Virus record (IMG/VR): IMGVR_UViG_3300029095_000223
Direction: 5' to 3' (one strand)
DNA length: 16,931 nucleotides
Source: a virus
Taxonomy: Duplodnaviria > Heunggongvirae > Uroviricota > Caudoviricetes
The notes below the pieces were generated by a model, which had not been told where the DNA came from, did not search any database, and saw only the letters and a program-made list of their open reading frames with translations. Shown piece after piece: positions 15,981 to 16,931 of the stretch. The position numbers were made by a program, and so were the translations under genes. Numbering within the stretch: the first letter of the stretch is position 1; the number at the start of each line of letters is the position of its first letter.

Positions 15981-16591
15981 TCCTTATGGGATTCAGCATA
16001 AAAAAGTTTTGGGCCCACGTCCTCAACATCAAGAAGATCATCTTCCTCCAAATACTTTGATTTAGTCAAAACCATACCAGTGCGTTTTTTGTCGCTTTCT
16101 AAATCCAAATATGTAACTTGATATAAAGTATAATTAATACTTATTGTAGGATTTATAAGTATCATGCTTGAATTAATATATATTAAAGCCGTTACCGTTA
16201 ACAATATTGCTATAGGTATAACATTAGTTAAAGTGGATAGATCCTGAAATACAAACGGAATTATATATGTAAAAAGATAGCTTATTGATTCATTGTTTTT
16301 ATTTTCAATATCTATAACTCTTACAGTTCTACCACTAGTGGCGCATCGACGTTTTATATTTTTTAAAAAAATTGTTAATCCTACAATACCAAATAATGAT
16401 AATACACCAATGACACTGACCGCGCCAAAGTATTTAAAGAAAATAGTTAATGATTCAACACTTATACCTTTCCAATTTAAATAGCTTCTATAAGTATACA
16501 ATTGCACAAAACACATGATAAAGAATAGGGGAAGGTATGACACTATAAATAGCGAAACTCTAGCACCTAAATGTAGTTTATTTACTCTCAT
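15977..16591 (-). CDS. Predicted integral membrane protein (204 aa, about 4 TM helices plus acidic C-terminal tail), first gene of the two-gene operon; candidate defence-system membrane component (KwaA-like by architecture only)
   Basis: Hydrophobic segments VSLFIVSYLPLFFIMCFVQLYTY, YFGAVSVIGVLSLFGIVGLTIFL, ISYLFTYIIPFVF and VIPIAILLTVTALIYINSSMILI, with a basic loop KNIKRRCATSGR. Translationally coupled to the downstream gene. Confidence 0.8.
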   Translation of the reverse strand: MRVNKLHLGARVSLFIVSYLPLFFIMCFVQLYTYRSYLNWKGISVESLTIFFKYFGAVSVIGVLSLFGIVGLTIFLKNIKRRCATSGRTVRVIDIENKNNESISYLFTYIIPFVFQDLSTLTNVIPIAILLTVTALIYINSSMILINPTISINYTLYQVTYLDLESDKKRTGMVLTKSKYLEEDDLLDVEDVGPKLFYAESHKE

Positions 16592-16705
16592 AACTACCCC
16601 ACAGCCTACACGTCTAGTATTTTATGTTATTTCGAATAATTATGCATCAGATTACCATCCTACAATTGTGCATAAAACGAGCATTTTGCTGATTTTTCTG
16701 CGGAT

Positions 16706-16745
16706 GCCTGAGACAGACAACCTCAAGCACCCGCAGCAATTTTAC
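16706..16745. repeat. 40-bp imperfect direct repeat, copy B (pairs with 14687-14726)
   Basis: gcctgagacagacaacctcaagcacccgcagcaattttac; same orientation as copy A. Together the two copies bracket the two-gene AT-rich operon. Confidence 0.55.
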
Positions 16746-16931
16746 TTAACTCCCGCTACCTCGCCAATATGAAATCAATAAGAAAGGTGCTCCATAAAAT
16801 CACTCCTTCTCTTCTTTATCGTAGTGGAGTTGACCAATTTTGATAAGAGGGCGTCCCTGAGATTTGCGGTGTAGATTGGTATCGCGCAGAGAATACACAC
16901 AGCCACAATATTCCTGCTGATAGAATTTTTC

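Overview
This window reads as a defective lambdoid (Qin-like) prophage segment from an Escherichia coli-type genome; all identifications are by reading translations and comparing to protein sequences recalled from memory, with no database search run. From the left: lambda-like head genes (FII partial, FI, E) are joined by an internal deletion to a 57-codon remnant of terminase large subunit A, followed by an intact Nu1 and an intact cos site (cosN 2525-2536). Next is an AT-rich moron block (ynfO-like, ydfO-like, gnsB, ynfN-like, cspI), then the lysis cassette on the minus strand (essQ holin, ydfR, rrrQ lysozyme, rzpQ with embedded rzoQ). Divergent cspB/cspF sit between the lysis cassette and the Q antiterminator gene, which has a near-consensus late promoter directly downstream. 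Then come a ydfU-like gene, rem, the relB-relE-hokD toxin-antitoxin operon with its operator and terminator, ydfV, and flxA with a sigma-28 promoter. The right end holds a DDE transposase gene with unresolved element ends, and a very AT-rich, translationally coupled two-gene operon (4-TM membrane protein plus 342-aa soluble protein) bracketed by 40-bp imperfect direct repeats. That operon is the best candidate for an accessory, possibly anti-phage, system; its architecture resembles Kiwa (KwaA/KwaB) but I cannot confirm homology from sequence alone.
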